This document shows, piece by piece, positions 26,164 to 38,493 of a stretch of DNA of 64,000 bases. A program made the translations under genes and the position numbers. Under the pieces are notes generated by a model that saw only the letters and a program-made list of their open reading frames with translations, had not been told where the DNA came from and made no database searches. Source of the stretch: Daphnia carinata (Eukaryota); the NCBI RefSeq assembly GCF_022539665.2, contig NC_081331.1:9362001-9426000 (forward strand), in the 5' to 3' direction. Each line of letters begins with the position of its first letter. The stretch's first letter is position 1.

Positions 26164-28341
26164 GACGACTGAAAACTATTAACACTTTGTTAAGAATGTC
26201 CAAACACTGACTTGGATGGTATAACGTAGCACCTTACTGCTCTTCTGTGTCATAACTATTGAAAAATTCCTTGCCTTCATTGTTTATCTTTTTAACTTTT
26301 TTCTTTACAGACATGATGAGTTGGTGTTCTGTTATTCGCCAAGAAAATAGCTCCTCCTCTCTATCTCCTCTCCTTCGGCGAAATAAGCTATTGCCTAATT
26401 TATAGGGTAGGCTGTACGTTTCGTTGGCGCAAAGGAATAAAAACATATGTTAAGAAATTTTGTTTTAGTTTTAGCCCTGTAAACTTGGTTGATCAGAAAT
26501 TCTGATTCAGAATGATCACTAATTTTCTATGTAAAATCATATCTTTATTCGCACCGTGCGTTACTTCTTATGTGACGACAGAAATGGTTGACGAACTAAA
26601 ACCACAATACGGTAATACTTGTAGTTTTGTCTACGGAAAACTTTTTAGCAACAAACACTTCCTCGAACTTGACGCATGGTGCGTAGCTCATAAGGCATTT
26701 CCAAGAGTGAGCTTTATCAACAAATGTCAATAGAACAGCAGTATGACGTTTACTCTAAATGTAAACTAAATATCACTTATGCTTCATTTCAAGTAATTTT
26801 ATCAAAAATAAAGTTTCTTAATTAAACTTGTTTTTATGCCATTGCAGAAGGTGTGAAAACTAAGCGCTTGGCAAAAAGACAGTAATAGTCATACACTACG
26901 CCGTGGAAGAAAATACCGTTCAGAATTAGCGGTTGCTGACTACACAAGTAACTGGTGGATCCTCAGTCGGGCAGCACTAGTTTAGTTGTCGTAACAATTC
27001 TAGTTATAAGTAGTTACTTGCAGATTCTTTTTAAGTGACGAGATTTCATAGACGTTTCGTTCAGTTAGCTTGGCACTTAAATTTTTTTTCCGTTTTAAAA
27101 GTTTTCTGAAATTTTTTTCGAAATATTGTTGTTTAAGTAACGAAAATGTAAAGTCGGTCGTTAAATTTTTCCACAACTGTACAATAGGCCGTCGTCTGGA
27201 TTGACGCCTGACAAAAACAGTATCCTCAAAATATCTAATGGAGAGAAATGACCAACTTCAAGTACGACGAGATACAAGTAAGCTGTTTAAGTAAATATAG
27301 GCATTTCAAAAGGTTTATTTTAAATCGGCCCCATTTGGGGATGTATACGGGTTAGATGGTTATCGGATATCACAGGGCCTGTCATATAACCATGGCCTTC
27401 GGCGAGGACAAGTCATGTTCTTTCTATTTGAAATATCTTTTTAACCTGCAAATGATACCCTTGCACGTAATTTAATAGTCTCCAATGAGGCAACGCGCTA
27501 TTGTGCATATACTGGCATACTGAGATCCCGAGTCCTCTTAGTTTATCAGCTTTAGTATACAAATTTCCTTCTGCACCACAAGCCATAATAAACCAACAGA
27601 GAAAGATATGTACGAATTGTGCAATTGTTTTCAACGTCAACGCAGAGATGCAGTTGGATATTAATGAGTCACGTGACTTAAAGTTTCTGTCAATATCGTA
27701 TCATGCACTACGTGAAATATTTAAATTTGTTTCTCCTACATTTAACTTACACATTTGTAAAATCACTCTTTGCAACAGTGTAGGCGATTATTAACTAAGT
27801 TAAATCCCTTGCCTCTGATAAGAATCTGTTCAAAAATTTCAACTTTGCAGCCCTTCCACGCTCTGTCCATCAGGTTCTAATGTTGTCAAGAGAGTGCGCA
27901 ACGTTTAGCAATACAAGTGAATCAGTGTTCGCCAACACCTCTAGATGTCTCTTGCGAAGGGCTTCGCTAGTGAGTCGCATCGACTACATCTGTTCGGATT
28001 ATGGGTATTCGGCCTGACACCATGACCAGACGACGCGTTCTAACTCATGAAGCTAGACGCTGAAATGCATCGTCCTTATATCTGAAACGATCTGCGTTCT
28101 TCTTGAAACTTGGAAAATGGACAAAATTGAATCCATCCTTCTAAGCTAATTTTTCTGCTATTGAAGAAAAACGAACGGAAACAGAACGTTACAGCGAGCG
28201 TGTATCGAATTCACGCGGAAAGCATCATCACAACTCCCAGTGCTCTCAGAACCCCAGGGCTTGTTCAATCGACTTGTCCCTGGCTAGACTGCTTGTTACC
28301 CCTTAAGCCAGCGCCATTTTGATGTGCGCTGTCACCAAGTT

Positions 28342-31300
28342 ATGGCTCTACATGGTGTGTTTGCAAATGACCTCCAATTCGGCAAAGGAGTCAATTCTGA
28401 TCAAGCTCAAGATGATGAAAGGTTTGAGTATATTCCTAACCTACCCTCCCATCTCTCCTATTCTCCCATTCCTCTTGCTTTCCAAACATCTATGATTCTT
28501 AGAACAGCGAGGCATTGTCGAGGAAAACGATATTTCGTCCTCGAATTATGGAAAAACTTTCTTAATTTCATTTCACTGACCAGTTGTCACTTAACTGAGT
28601 TATGCAAACAACCCTACTTTTTTATGCTTATCGATTTCAGTTAAGCTTGTGCAAATAGTTTCCGTCGTTGCCGGTCTTTTTTATTTTATTTTTTTTTTAT
28701 ATTTTCTAATTTTTTATGTCATAAATGTAGGAAAATTCTTTATGGCTTGATAGTAACATGGAAATTTGAAGAACATATTTGAAACATTTAATTTTATGCT
28801 ACATGATTCTGATTACTGTTTATACATTATTTTTTCATATGGCAGCATCAGGCGCTAGTCACGTGATGTTTGACGACATGCCCTCTTTTTCAGTCTGTTA
28901 GTTCAGAATAGCCGTTGGCATAATAATGGCGGTTGTTTCACGTCTGTATTCGAAATTTACGTTTTAAAGAAGTGTCACAATGATCGCAAACGGTAAAAGA
29001 ATAAGCAAAAAATATTTAGCTTCATAGTTTTCGTTTGAAACAAATCTCTGATGCGCAGGAGGTATGGGGTAAAGACAGACAGTTTACATGGTTTGCCTTG
29101 TATAACGCGTACCTATACATTAAACATTTTATTTATGCTGATCTTTCCACACAGGGAAAATGCAAATTTAGATGACGCAGACGATGCAGATTTAGAAGAG
29201 GGTGAAATCGCATCTGATGACGATAATGAAGAAATTCAACATGGAGATCAAACGCAAGAAGAAAAAACGGGGGTTAAGCCTACAGTACTTCAAGGTGACA
29301 CGGCTAAACAGGATCTAAAAACACAAACTGGCAATCAGTCTGAGAAATCGGATTCGCTCAACGTCAGAAGTGCTGCGGTTAACGTTGACAAACGGCGAGA
29401 TAAACGAGTGACGTCCAACAGTAATAACAGCCGGACGCGCAAACGAGCAGGAGATGATGACCTGACTAGTCATCGCGATTCAAATGTATGTTCCGAAATA
29501 TTTGTGAACAGTTTATTCCTTTGGAATATTTGCTCGCTGTATTTCACATTATTCGTAGTAAAATTTAGAATTTCTATTATTTATAACACAATTGCGTCTT
29601 GGTTTTCATAATTAGCGCAAACGACGGCGAACCCAGGACGGAGATAATGAAGACCTTGATGACATGGACTATGAACTAAATGCACGTGGGCATTCGCCAA
29701 TGGATCGAATGCAGCGATATGGTGGCGGCGAGTCGGCTGGAAGCGACTATGACGAAAGTAACTTCAGCTCGTTACGTCGGCAGCGTGGGGGTGAATCAAG
29801 AGCTCGATCTGGACGTAGCCCTCCAAGACGGAGGCCTGCAAGTGGCAGCGGTCGAGACCGTGGAGGTGGTGATCGGAGACGGCAGGATCGCGATCGGTCC
29901 GACCGTGATCGGAGGTCAGCCAAGAACAACCCTTCACCTAACACGCAGTCCAACAAATCGAAAGAGGATCCAATTTGTGCATTTTACATGGAGGGTAAAT
30001 GCTCTAGAGGTAACGATTGTCCTTACTCCCATGCCGCTCTTCCGCCACGCAAAATGGAACTGTGTAAGTTTTACCTAATGGATTGCTGTGCCAAAAAGGA
30101 AAAGTGTCTTTATCTCCATAAAGACTTCCCATGCAAGTTTTTTCATACAGGTCAGTATAGTTGTCTTTAATTAACTCAGATTTTGACAAAAAATAAAAAA
30201 TAAGAATAAAGAGACTAAACGATAATATTGCCTTTCCTTAGGGAAAAAGTGTCGACATAATTCTGACGAATGCAAGTTTAGTCACGAACCACTCACGGAA
30301 ACCATGCGAGCCATTTTAATCAAGCACATTGAAACAGCACCACGGGAAATTCTTGGAGACTTTCCGAGACTCACTCGTGAAGAAACAATTCAGGTACATA
30401 AATGTTCTATTTTTAATTCGGTGTTTCCTTTGAACTAACTTTATGTTCATCTTACTCAGGCCATTGACCATTTCTCGCCTGTTCCCAATGGGCGAGAAAA
30501 ACGACCGCATATTCCAGCACTGTTCGATCAGGCTAGCAGCACCTCCAGTGGAAATGCGACAAATAAAACAGAAATGGTCAAAGATGGTGGCAGACATCAT
30601 CAAACACAGCTTGCAGATAGAAATGATGAACCTGCCCGACGCGTAGCATTTTATCAGGAGTCATCCACGTCCGAGACGGACCATGGCCGTGTAGAACAGC
30701 CGGAGGAAAACAGCCGAAGCATTTGGTTTGGCCAATTACGACAAGAGAAGACGAACGACCCCAGCCATTCTCATGAATCAGTTGACGAGCCTCCGAAACA
30801 AAAGGTGGAAGAAGAACACCCTACAATTCGTTCTCCTCTTGTGGGAATAAAAGAAGAAGAAGAAGGAAATGTTGATTACTTATCTACGCTTCCAGCAAGG
30901 CAGCGAGAGCTTTACCGTCGTATCCAACAGCAGCAGCGTGAACCAGCTTCCATCCAAGAAGGACTAGACGCCGGGAACGAGCAAAACACCGCCAACGATA
31001 AATGGTACTCGAGCGACGAAGAGGAAACGGGCGAATCCATTACCAACCTTTTGAGGACTATCAAACAAAAACCTGACGCACATGGTGGCAAAGATAGCTC
31101 AGTTCCGGCTCTTACAAATTTGAACTTGACGTCGTTGGAAAACATCAACGTGGCTGAAATCGCTAAAGCGCTATCGACTTTGCAACAGAGCCAACCTGCA
31201 TCGGGCGAGTATAGTTGCAGCTCATCTGGTGCAGAAACCAGTAGGAGAGATCCTCGTACGCGTGACCCGCGAATGCGAAATAATAACAGCAGTCAAATGC

Positions 31301-32181
31301 CTTCTGGTAGCGGTGGCATGGGTGACGTTGACCTTCGCTTACCGACACCATCTCGCCAGGACGTTGATTTAAGATTAGACAGCCGGAAAGCTACCGATGT
31401 GGATCTACGAACTGGCCTGGCGCCACATAGTAACCTTGATGACATCCGGTCGTCAGATATTGATCTCAGGCGACTACCTATTCCTTTTAAATCGGCACCA
31501 ATCCAGGCGCCAGTTCGCGAAATTGAAGCTTCTATTAATTCGCGACCTCCTATGGAATATCAAGTTTGGCTGGTTGATCCGAACCCTCCCGATTACAGCG
31601 CCATACGAGTGCATGCCAACTGGGCTCATTTGGATCCGCGTCAGCAAAAGGGAAGCGTGACTGCTCGTGATTTTACCGTCACTGATCCCCCGGCAATACC
31701 TCTTGGACCTGCCAGCCCTGATCCTATTCCCGTTGCTGCAACGGTCCGACATTTCGAACCAGAACAAGCAGTTTACAGCCCGTTACGAGCGGCTCCTAAC
31801 GATCCGCGCGCTAGAGATCCACGCCGCGTAACAGGTCTTCAGGCACAGCAGCCCTTGTTGCTCGGGGATAAGCGTGGAATTTCGGGAGGCGTTGGTCTGC
31901 TTGGAGCTGCCCCACCAGGTATGCTGCCTTTATTACCGAAAGGAAATCAGATGGACCTATCGCCGCAGGACACCCCCTGTGTTAATTTTCGGCCTCCACC
32001 TGTAAACCCCCCATATATCGACCGAAATGTTTGCGACGATTCAGCAAGGGATCCACACTCACGGCAAATGGAAAATCGCCGGGATCCGCGCCAGCGTGAT
32101 CCACGCCAACACAAGAACTCGCCGGCTATTTCCGATGACAGATCCTATACTCCTCCTCCAAATGATAGGGTCTTCCTTTGA
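28342..32181 (+). CDS. CCCH zinc finger protein ZC3H4/ZC3H6 / suppressor of sable-like (multi-exon)
   Basis: LEEGEI motif, RS/RD-rich region, three CCCH fingers (ICAFYMEGKCSRGNDCPYSH; LCKFYLMDCCAKKEKCLYLH; FPCKFFHTG/KKCRHNSDECKFSH), WYSSDEE, DVDLR repeats and RDPR repeats. Exon 28342-28421 is phase-compatible with the acceptor at ~29154. A further upstream exon ending at 27277 may be a UTR or alternative exon. Confidence 0.88.
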
Positions 32182-32833
32182 AATATTATAATCATGTGGA
32201 ACACCGGATTGAATTTGTTTTTTGTCAAGTAATTTACTGGACATGATATTTTGACATTTTGCGTACGAATCATGGCTCGACCATTTCCGCTCGGAATTTG
32301 GGTTCGTCGGAACTGTACAGCAGTGATGGTATACTGCGCTTGGGGACATGTCCGACTTCCCTCACAAGTTGATACACACACAATCACCTCCTGTATTATC
32401 AGCGATTTTGGCACTGTCTTTCAGTCCTCTAATGGAAGACATTAACTGGGTTTATACTCTTTTACCTGTTAATTACCAGCAATTATGCCGATTTCTTACG
32501 TTCTTTTTCGATGTTGATAACATGTATTGGATCCAATAGATTTAGCTAAACAAAGCCTCCGACCTGTAGAATTCTGGTGAATCCATCTATTGTCTTCATT
32601 CGCCTTTTTTATCGAACTGCTTATGGTTTTCGTATCTTTCAACCAGATATCTACCAATCAGTCATTTCAATGCAGTCAGGTCAGTCGGCACCAGTTGTAA
32701 GCACGCTTTATCGCCTACATAAAGGAAGACAATATACGGGTTGAGGAACGCGGAAAGATAAATTGCAGAAAGTCTTCAAATGGAAAGCTGAAATTCAGAC
32801 CTTTTCTTTGAATAGGTTGCGTGAAAGAAAGAA

Positions 32834-34125
32834 AACAGTCTCAGGTAGTTTGACTCATAGAAAACAATTCAAATAACATCTGGGATATAAGCTTTGTACG
32901 TATGTCAGTTTGGCCTTGTGCCACTATAACGGATAACTTATTAGCTGAGGTCCCTTTTCTTTGAAAGCGTCGGTACTCCTTCCTAAAGGATGAGTGGGAA
33001 ACCTACTGCTACGTAGCTATTTCAAATTTATTACCGTACGATAGCAATTAAGGTTAAATTGGCAGATGAATTCGATTGAACGTAATTTTAAGTTTTTCGA
33101 ACATAAAACAAAACTGCGATGCAAAACGCTAGCCTCATTTTCTTCACTTTAGCTAAATATTCTATTACTTTATATATATATTTTTAAATGCTGTAAGAGT
33201 AGTCAATGTGAAATGTTATCTAAAAATCAATAGCCCCCATTCCCTGTTATATAACTTTTTTCATTTACTTATCATCATTTTTATCATATATATAATTTTT
33301 TCTCGTTTATGTCGAGAGCTAGGCTTTTCGTTCCAATTACCTCGCTTTTTTAATTGGCCCCACTCTCTACCGCTTGTTTAACTTCTAAAATAGGATTATA
33401 TGGCACACCTCTATTCAGATATAATGAAGATGATTTCTTCTTAATTGAAGGGAATGTGCTCTTTAGACTACCATATTAAAAAATGACGATATCTGAATTT
33501 TATAAGTTTTATACAAGTTTATTTTTCTTATCAATTACTTTAATATTTCTTTTCCTTAGCAAATGCCCCTAGGCCCCCATGCTTGTTGTCTTGGTCTCAG
33601 CCATAATCAAAATTAAACCCGTTGTAATCAAATACCGACGTTGTTCCAAAATACAAACAACCTCAGCGACACTCTTTCCAATACTAACGAGACGATCGAG
33701 TCACCAAAATTGCGTTTTATGCAACTCGAATAGCCTCGACATGGCTCCCATAATATACCACTAAAATTCCGTACTATATAGTCGCTATGGCTCCAGGTTA
33801 CGCGGAAATTTGTTAGTAAAATCGTGTTTACGTTTCGAGTAGAAGAGAAAATTTTCGGCATTTTCCATGGGTTGCTTAAGATATTTAAATGTTCGAACTT
33901 TGACAGTTAATGTGAAGTGGTACTACCTAAGAAAAGAACGCAACAGCTTTTGGAAACTAAGAAAGGTATATTCTAAGGCAAATATTATATATGTTATTCC
34001 TAACTGAATTCTCTGCAGCTTTCTTTACTGTTTAGCTCTGCCACGGAATTTTTAATTCTAACTTAGTTCAGTGTTGTAGCATAAGTAACCTGTAATTAAA
34101 AACAGATAATAAAGTTCTAAAATTG
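32834..34125 (-). repeat. Internally deleted copy (D) of the bestrophin-like repeat unit
   Basis: 32834-33754 matches 38494-39513 in direct orientation. 33755-33868 then matches 41909-42024, so the ~2.4 kb containing the ORF is absent. 34050-34125 matches 3890-3962 in inverted orientation. Confidence 0.9.
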
Positions 34126-34159
34126 GTTGGTTAGTAATATTCTATTTCATGCCAAAGCA

Positions 34160-37100
34160 TCTATACTACATAAAAAAACAAGGAAAAGAGGAGGAGCCTG
34201 TGTCCGTCACATTGCGCATTTGTTATGATTGGCTGGCGTCAAATCCGCCGTCTGCTAGAGTGAATTGGTGGGATGGGCATTTGGAAGACTAAACTGCGGG
34301 TGGAATTGCGGAATTAGACAATTTTCCGGTCTACGGGCTTGGCTTAAAACGGGTGGGCAACGGCACGTAAGCTGACGGGCAGGGCATTTTATTATTATTA
34401 TTATAATTAATTTTTAATTAATTTAATTTTATTAGTTTTATTTATTATTTTTATTGGCCACTACGGCAAGCGTTTTGGCGGGCAGAGAGGGAGTAGATGG
34501 GCAACAACGGCGAGTTCTTGGCGAGCAAAGTAGGTTGACGGGCAGTGGCAAAAAGTAAGTGGACAGGCAACTAAATGGGCCTTTTAACGGGCAGAGACTG
34601 TACAATAGGTCGGATAAATGCAATTTTTAAGTCTATGGGCTTGGCTTAAAACGGGTGGGCGCTACAATAGGTAACTGTACAGTGGAAGACGGGCAACTAC
34701 AGCGCGGTTTTGGTGGGCAAAGGGGGTTGACGGGCAGTGACTATTCGAGAAAAGAGGGGCAGAGGGAAAAAATGGGTGAACGGCAACTACAGCGGGCGTT
34801 TTCTGGGCTGAGACTGTGAGGGAAAGACGGGCAAAAGCAAATGAAATGGTCAATGGGCCACTATAGCGGTCGTTTTAGCGGGCTGTGAGTGGGCCGACGG
34901 CAGCGAGTGGGTTAACGCACAGCAAGTGGGTCGACGGGCAGCAAGTGGGTCGAAGGGCAACAACAGCGAGTTTCTTGGTGAGCAAAGTGGGTTGACGGGC
35001 AGAGACTTTACGAGGGAAGACGGGCAGAGGAAAAAAGTGGGTGAAAAGGCAATTATAGCGGGCGTTTGACGGGCGGCGACTGGACGAAAGGACGGGCAAA
35101 TGGAAAAAATGTAGATGTCCCTCTAAAGCAGACGTTTTGGCGGGCAGATAGTGGGTTGACGGGCAGAGAATGGGTTAACGGGCAGAGAGTGGGTTAACGG
35201 GCAGAGAATGGGTTGACGGGCAGAGGGTGGTTTGGCGGACAGAAAACGGGTCGACGGGCAACTTCAGCTGGTATCTTGACGGGCAGAGAAAGTGAGGGGG
35301 GTGGACGGGCAAAAACAATGAGTGGGTCGGCGGGCAAGACAGGGGAACCCTCGATTGCGAAAAAAAAATTCAAAGTAGACGGACGAAAAAATGGAGTGGA
35401 ACGATTTTCTTAGAGATAGCGTAAGGATACGCTAGCGCCACCTATACGCCGGCCCTGGACGTGCCTAACGTTACTAGGTTACAACGGCCCTAACGGGTTT
35501 GCGTTACAATAGGTAAGCCGGCGGGTAATGATAGTGGGTGCGTTAAATAGGAAATACTGAGTGGCGTGACGGGCAAAAACTGTGGGATGGAAGACGGGCA
35601 GAGGCAAAGAGTGGGTGGACGAGCAACTAAAATGAGCATTTTCGAAGCACAGTAAATAGGACGGTGAACAATGACTGTACGAGGCAGCATGGGCAGAGGC
35701 AAAGAGTGGATGAACGAAAAAATAAAGCGGGTATGACGGGCAGAAACTGCAACAACTGACGGGCATGTGGAAATACAATATCGATGCGCCATACAGCATG
35801 CGTTTTGGCGGCCGACGGGCAGATCGTTTGCGGGCGGGTTAGCCAAGGAGTCGACAGGCAACAATGGCGGGTTTCTTGGCGGGTAAAGTTGGTTGACGGG
35901 CAGAGACTGTGACAAAATGACGGGCAAATGAAAGAAAGATAGATGTGTCCCAATATCAGGTGTTTTGGCGGACGGAAGGTGGGTTGACTTAAATTTCTTG
36001 ATACGGTGATTGGATGGCCTCAGATTGGGAGGGAACGACTGGCATTTGCAACCAAAAGGTCCATGCGTTTTGGCGGGCAGAGAGCGGGTCGACGGGCAAC
36101 CACAGCGAGTTTCTTGGCGGGCAGAGTGGATTGACGGACAGAGCCTATACGGGGGAAGACGGGTAGAGGTAAAAAATGCGTCGCCGGGCAACTACAGCGG
36201 GCGTTTTGGTGTGCTAAGACTGTTATCGAAAGACGGGCAAAAGCTCTGGAAATGTAGGTGGGCACTACAGCTGGTGTTTAGGCGGCCAGAGAGGGGGTAA
36301 ACGGGCAACAACAGTGAGTTTCTTGATATCAAAAGTGGGTTGACGGGCAGAATCAAAGTTGAGTCGCCGAGCAACTACGGCGGACGTTTTGAGTGGCTGG
36401 GACTGTGAGGGAAAGACGGGCTAAGCAACGAAAAGTCGATGGAGCATACGTTTTGGCAGGCAGAGAGTGGGCTGACGGGCAGAGGGTGGGTCGAAGGGCA
36501 GAGAGTGGGTCGACGGGCAGAGAGTGGGCCGAAGGGCAGAGAGTGGGCCGACGGGCAGAGGGGATCGACGGGCAACAAAAGCGAACTTCTTGGCGGCCAA
36601 AGTGGGGACTGAGACTTTACGAGGAAAGACGGGCAGAAGCAAAAATGAGTGGACGGACAACTATAACGGGCGTTTAAAGGGCAGATACTGTGGCGAAAAG
36701 ACGGACAAATGCAAAGAAAAGGTAGATATGTCCCCAGCAGGCATTTTTGCGAGCTGAATGTGGGTTGACGGGCAGACTGTGGGTTAACTGGCAGAAAGTG
36801 GTTTAACGGGCAAAGAGTGGCTTGACGGGCAGAGAGGGAGTCAACGGTCCACTTCAGCTGGGTTCTTGGCGGGCAGAGAAAGTGAGGGGATGTACGGGCA
36901 GAAACAGTGAGTGGGTCGGTGGGAAAGAATGGGGAGAGAATGGGTTAACGGGCAGAGAATGGGTTGACAAACAAAAACAAGGAAAAGAGGAGGAGCCTGT
37001 GTCCGTCACGCTGTGCATTTGTTTTGATTGGCTGGAAACCGCTGCCGGCTGTAGTGAATTTTTGGGATGCTGTGGTTGGCTAGCGCCAAAACCGCCGTCT

Positions 37101-38289
37101 GCTACAGTGAATTGGTGGGATGAGGACTTGGAATAGTAAACTGCGGGTGGATTTGCGGATTTAGGCAATTTTTTAGTCTACGGGCTTTTTAGTCTACGGG
37201 CTTTTCAGTCCACGGGCTTTCAGCCGACGGGCAGAGACTGTACGGTGGAAGACAGGCAACTACAGCGTTTTTTGTATGGGCAAAGGGAGTTGACGGGCAG
37301 AGAATATTCAAAAAAGACGGGCAAAGGGAAAAAAGTGGGTGGACGGGCAACTACAGCGGGCGTTTTCTGGGCTGAGACTTTGAAGGAAAGACGGGCAAAA
37401 GCAAATGAAAAGGTCAATGGGCAACTATTGTATATCGGTCGTTTTGACGGGCTGCGAGTGGGTCAATGGGAAGCGAGTGGGTCGACGGGCAGTGAGTGGG
37501 TCGTCGGGCAGCGAGGGGGTCGACGAGCAGAGAAGGGGTCGACGGGCAGTTAGGAGGCCGACGGGTAGTGAGAGGGTCGACGGGCAGCGAGTGGGTCGAC
37601 GGGCAGTTAGCGGGCCGACAAGCAGTGAGAGGGTCGACGGGCAGTGAGAGGGTCGACGGGCAGCGAGTGGGTCGACGAGCAGAGAAGGGGCCGACGGGCA
37701 GCGAGTGGGTTGACGAGCAGAGAAGGGGCCAACGGGCAGCGAGTGGGTCGACGGGCAGCGCGTGGGTCGACGGGCAGGGAGGGGGAGTCGGGCAGCGAGT
37801 GGGTCGACCGGCAATAACAGCGGGCTTCTTAGCGGGCAGAAGCAAAAAATGAGTGGACGGACAACTAAAGCGGGGGTTTTGACGGGCCGAGACTGTGACG
37901 AAAGGGTGGGCAAATGCAAAAAAAAAAGGTAGATGTCCCCCAGCAGGCATTTTTTCGGGCACTATGTGAGTTGACGGGCACAATGTGGGTTGACGGGCAG
38001 ATAGGGGGTCGACGGGCAAAGAGTGGTTTGACGGGCAAAGAGTGGCTTGACGGGCATAGAGGGAGTCGACGGGTAACTTTAGCTGGGTTCTTGGCCGGCA
38101 GAAAAGTCAGGTGATGGACGGGCAGAAACAGGGAGTGGGTCGGCGGGCAAGAAAGGGAAACTCCTAATTTGTAATAGGAATTAATAGTAGACGGGAAAAA
38201 CAATAAATGTGGATCGATTGTCTTAAAAATAGCATTAATTACGCTAGCGCCACCTATACCCCGGCCCTGGACGGGCCCAACGTTACTAG
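34160..38289 (+). mobile_element. Non-autonomous composite Helitron filled with a GC-rich minisatellite
   Basis: 5' end A|TCTATACTACATAAAA at 34160. The 3' end is a GGCCC-TGGAC-GGGCC hairpin, then CAACGTTA, then CTAG|T at 38286-38290. Inserted between A and T with no TSD. A second internal 3' end lies at ~35429-35477 and a second 5'-subterminal block at ~36974. No Rep/helicase ORF. Confidence 0.8.
34360..38160. repeat. Degenerate 19-bp minisatellite, consensus ~GACGGGCAG(A/C)GAGTGGGT(T/C), with higher-order blocks
   Basis: Clean 19-bp periodicity at 35140-35230, 36455-36575, 36765-36840 and 37450-37810. The GACGGGCA core is dispersed throughout. Confidence 0.92.
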
Positions 38290-38493
38290 TTTTCAAACTA
38301 ATTGTTGTAGGAAAAATGGTTTCCCTACTGGTTATCATTCAGATGACTGAATATCATAGAAGTATCATTTTACGAAAAGCTGTGCATTTTATGAAAGTTG
38401 CCATTCAGCGATGACAATTTTTTTAATGAATAAAAAATAAGACAATTAGTCATAAATTATTTTCAAATGATTTTATTTTCTGTATTTCGTAGC

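Noticed and set aside
34360..38160. Possible CRISPR-like repeat-spacer array
   Set aside because: The repeats are contiguous and degenerate with no unique spacers, there are no cas genes, and the context is eukaryotic.
34438..38338. Many overlapping 60-230 aa ORFs rich in PST/RRP/LPV on both strands
   Set aside because: These are translations of the stop-poor 19-bp minisatellite inside the Helitron, with no domain signal.
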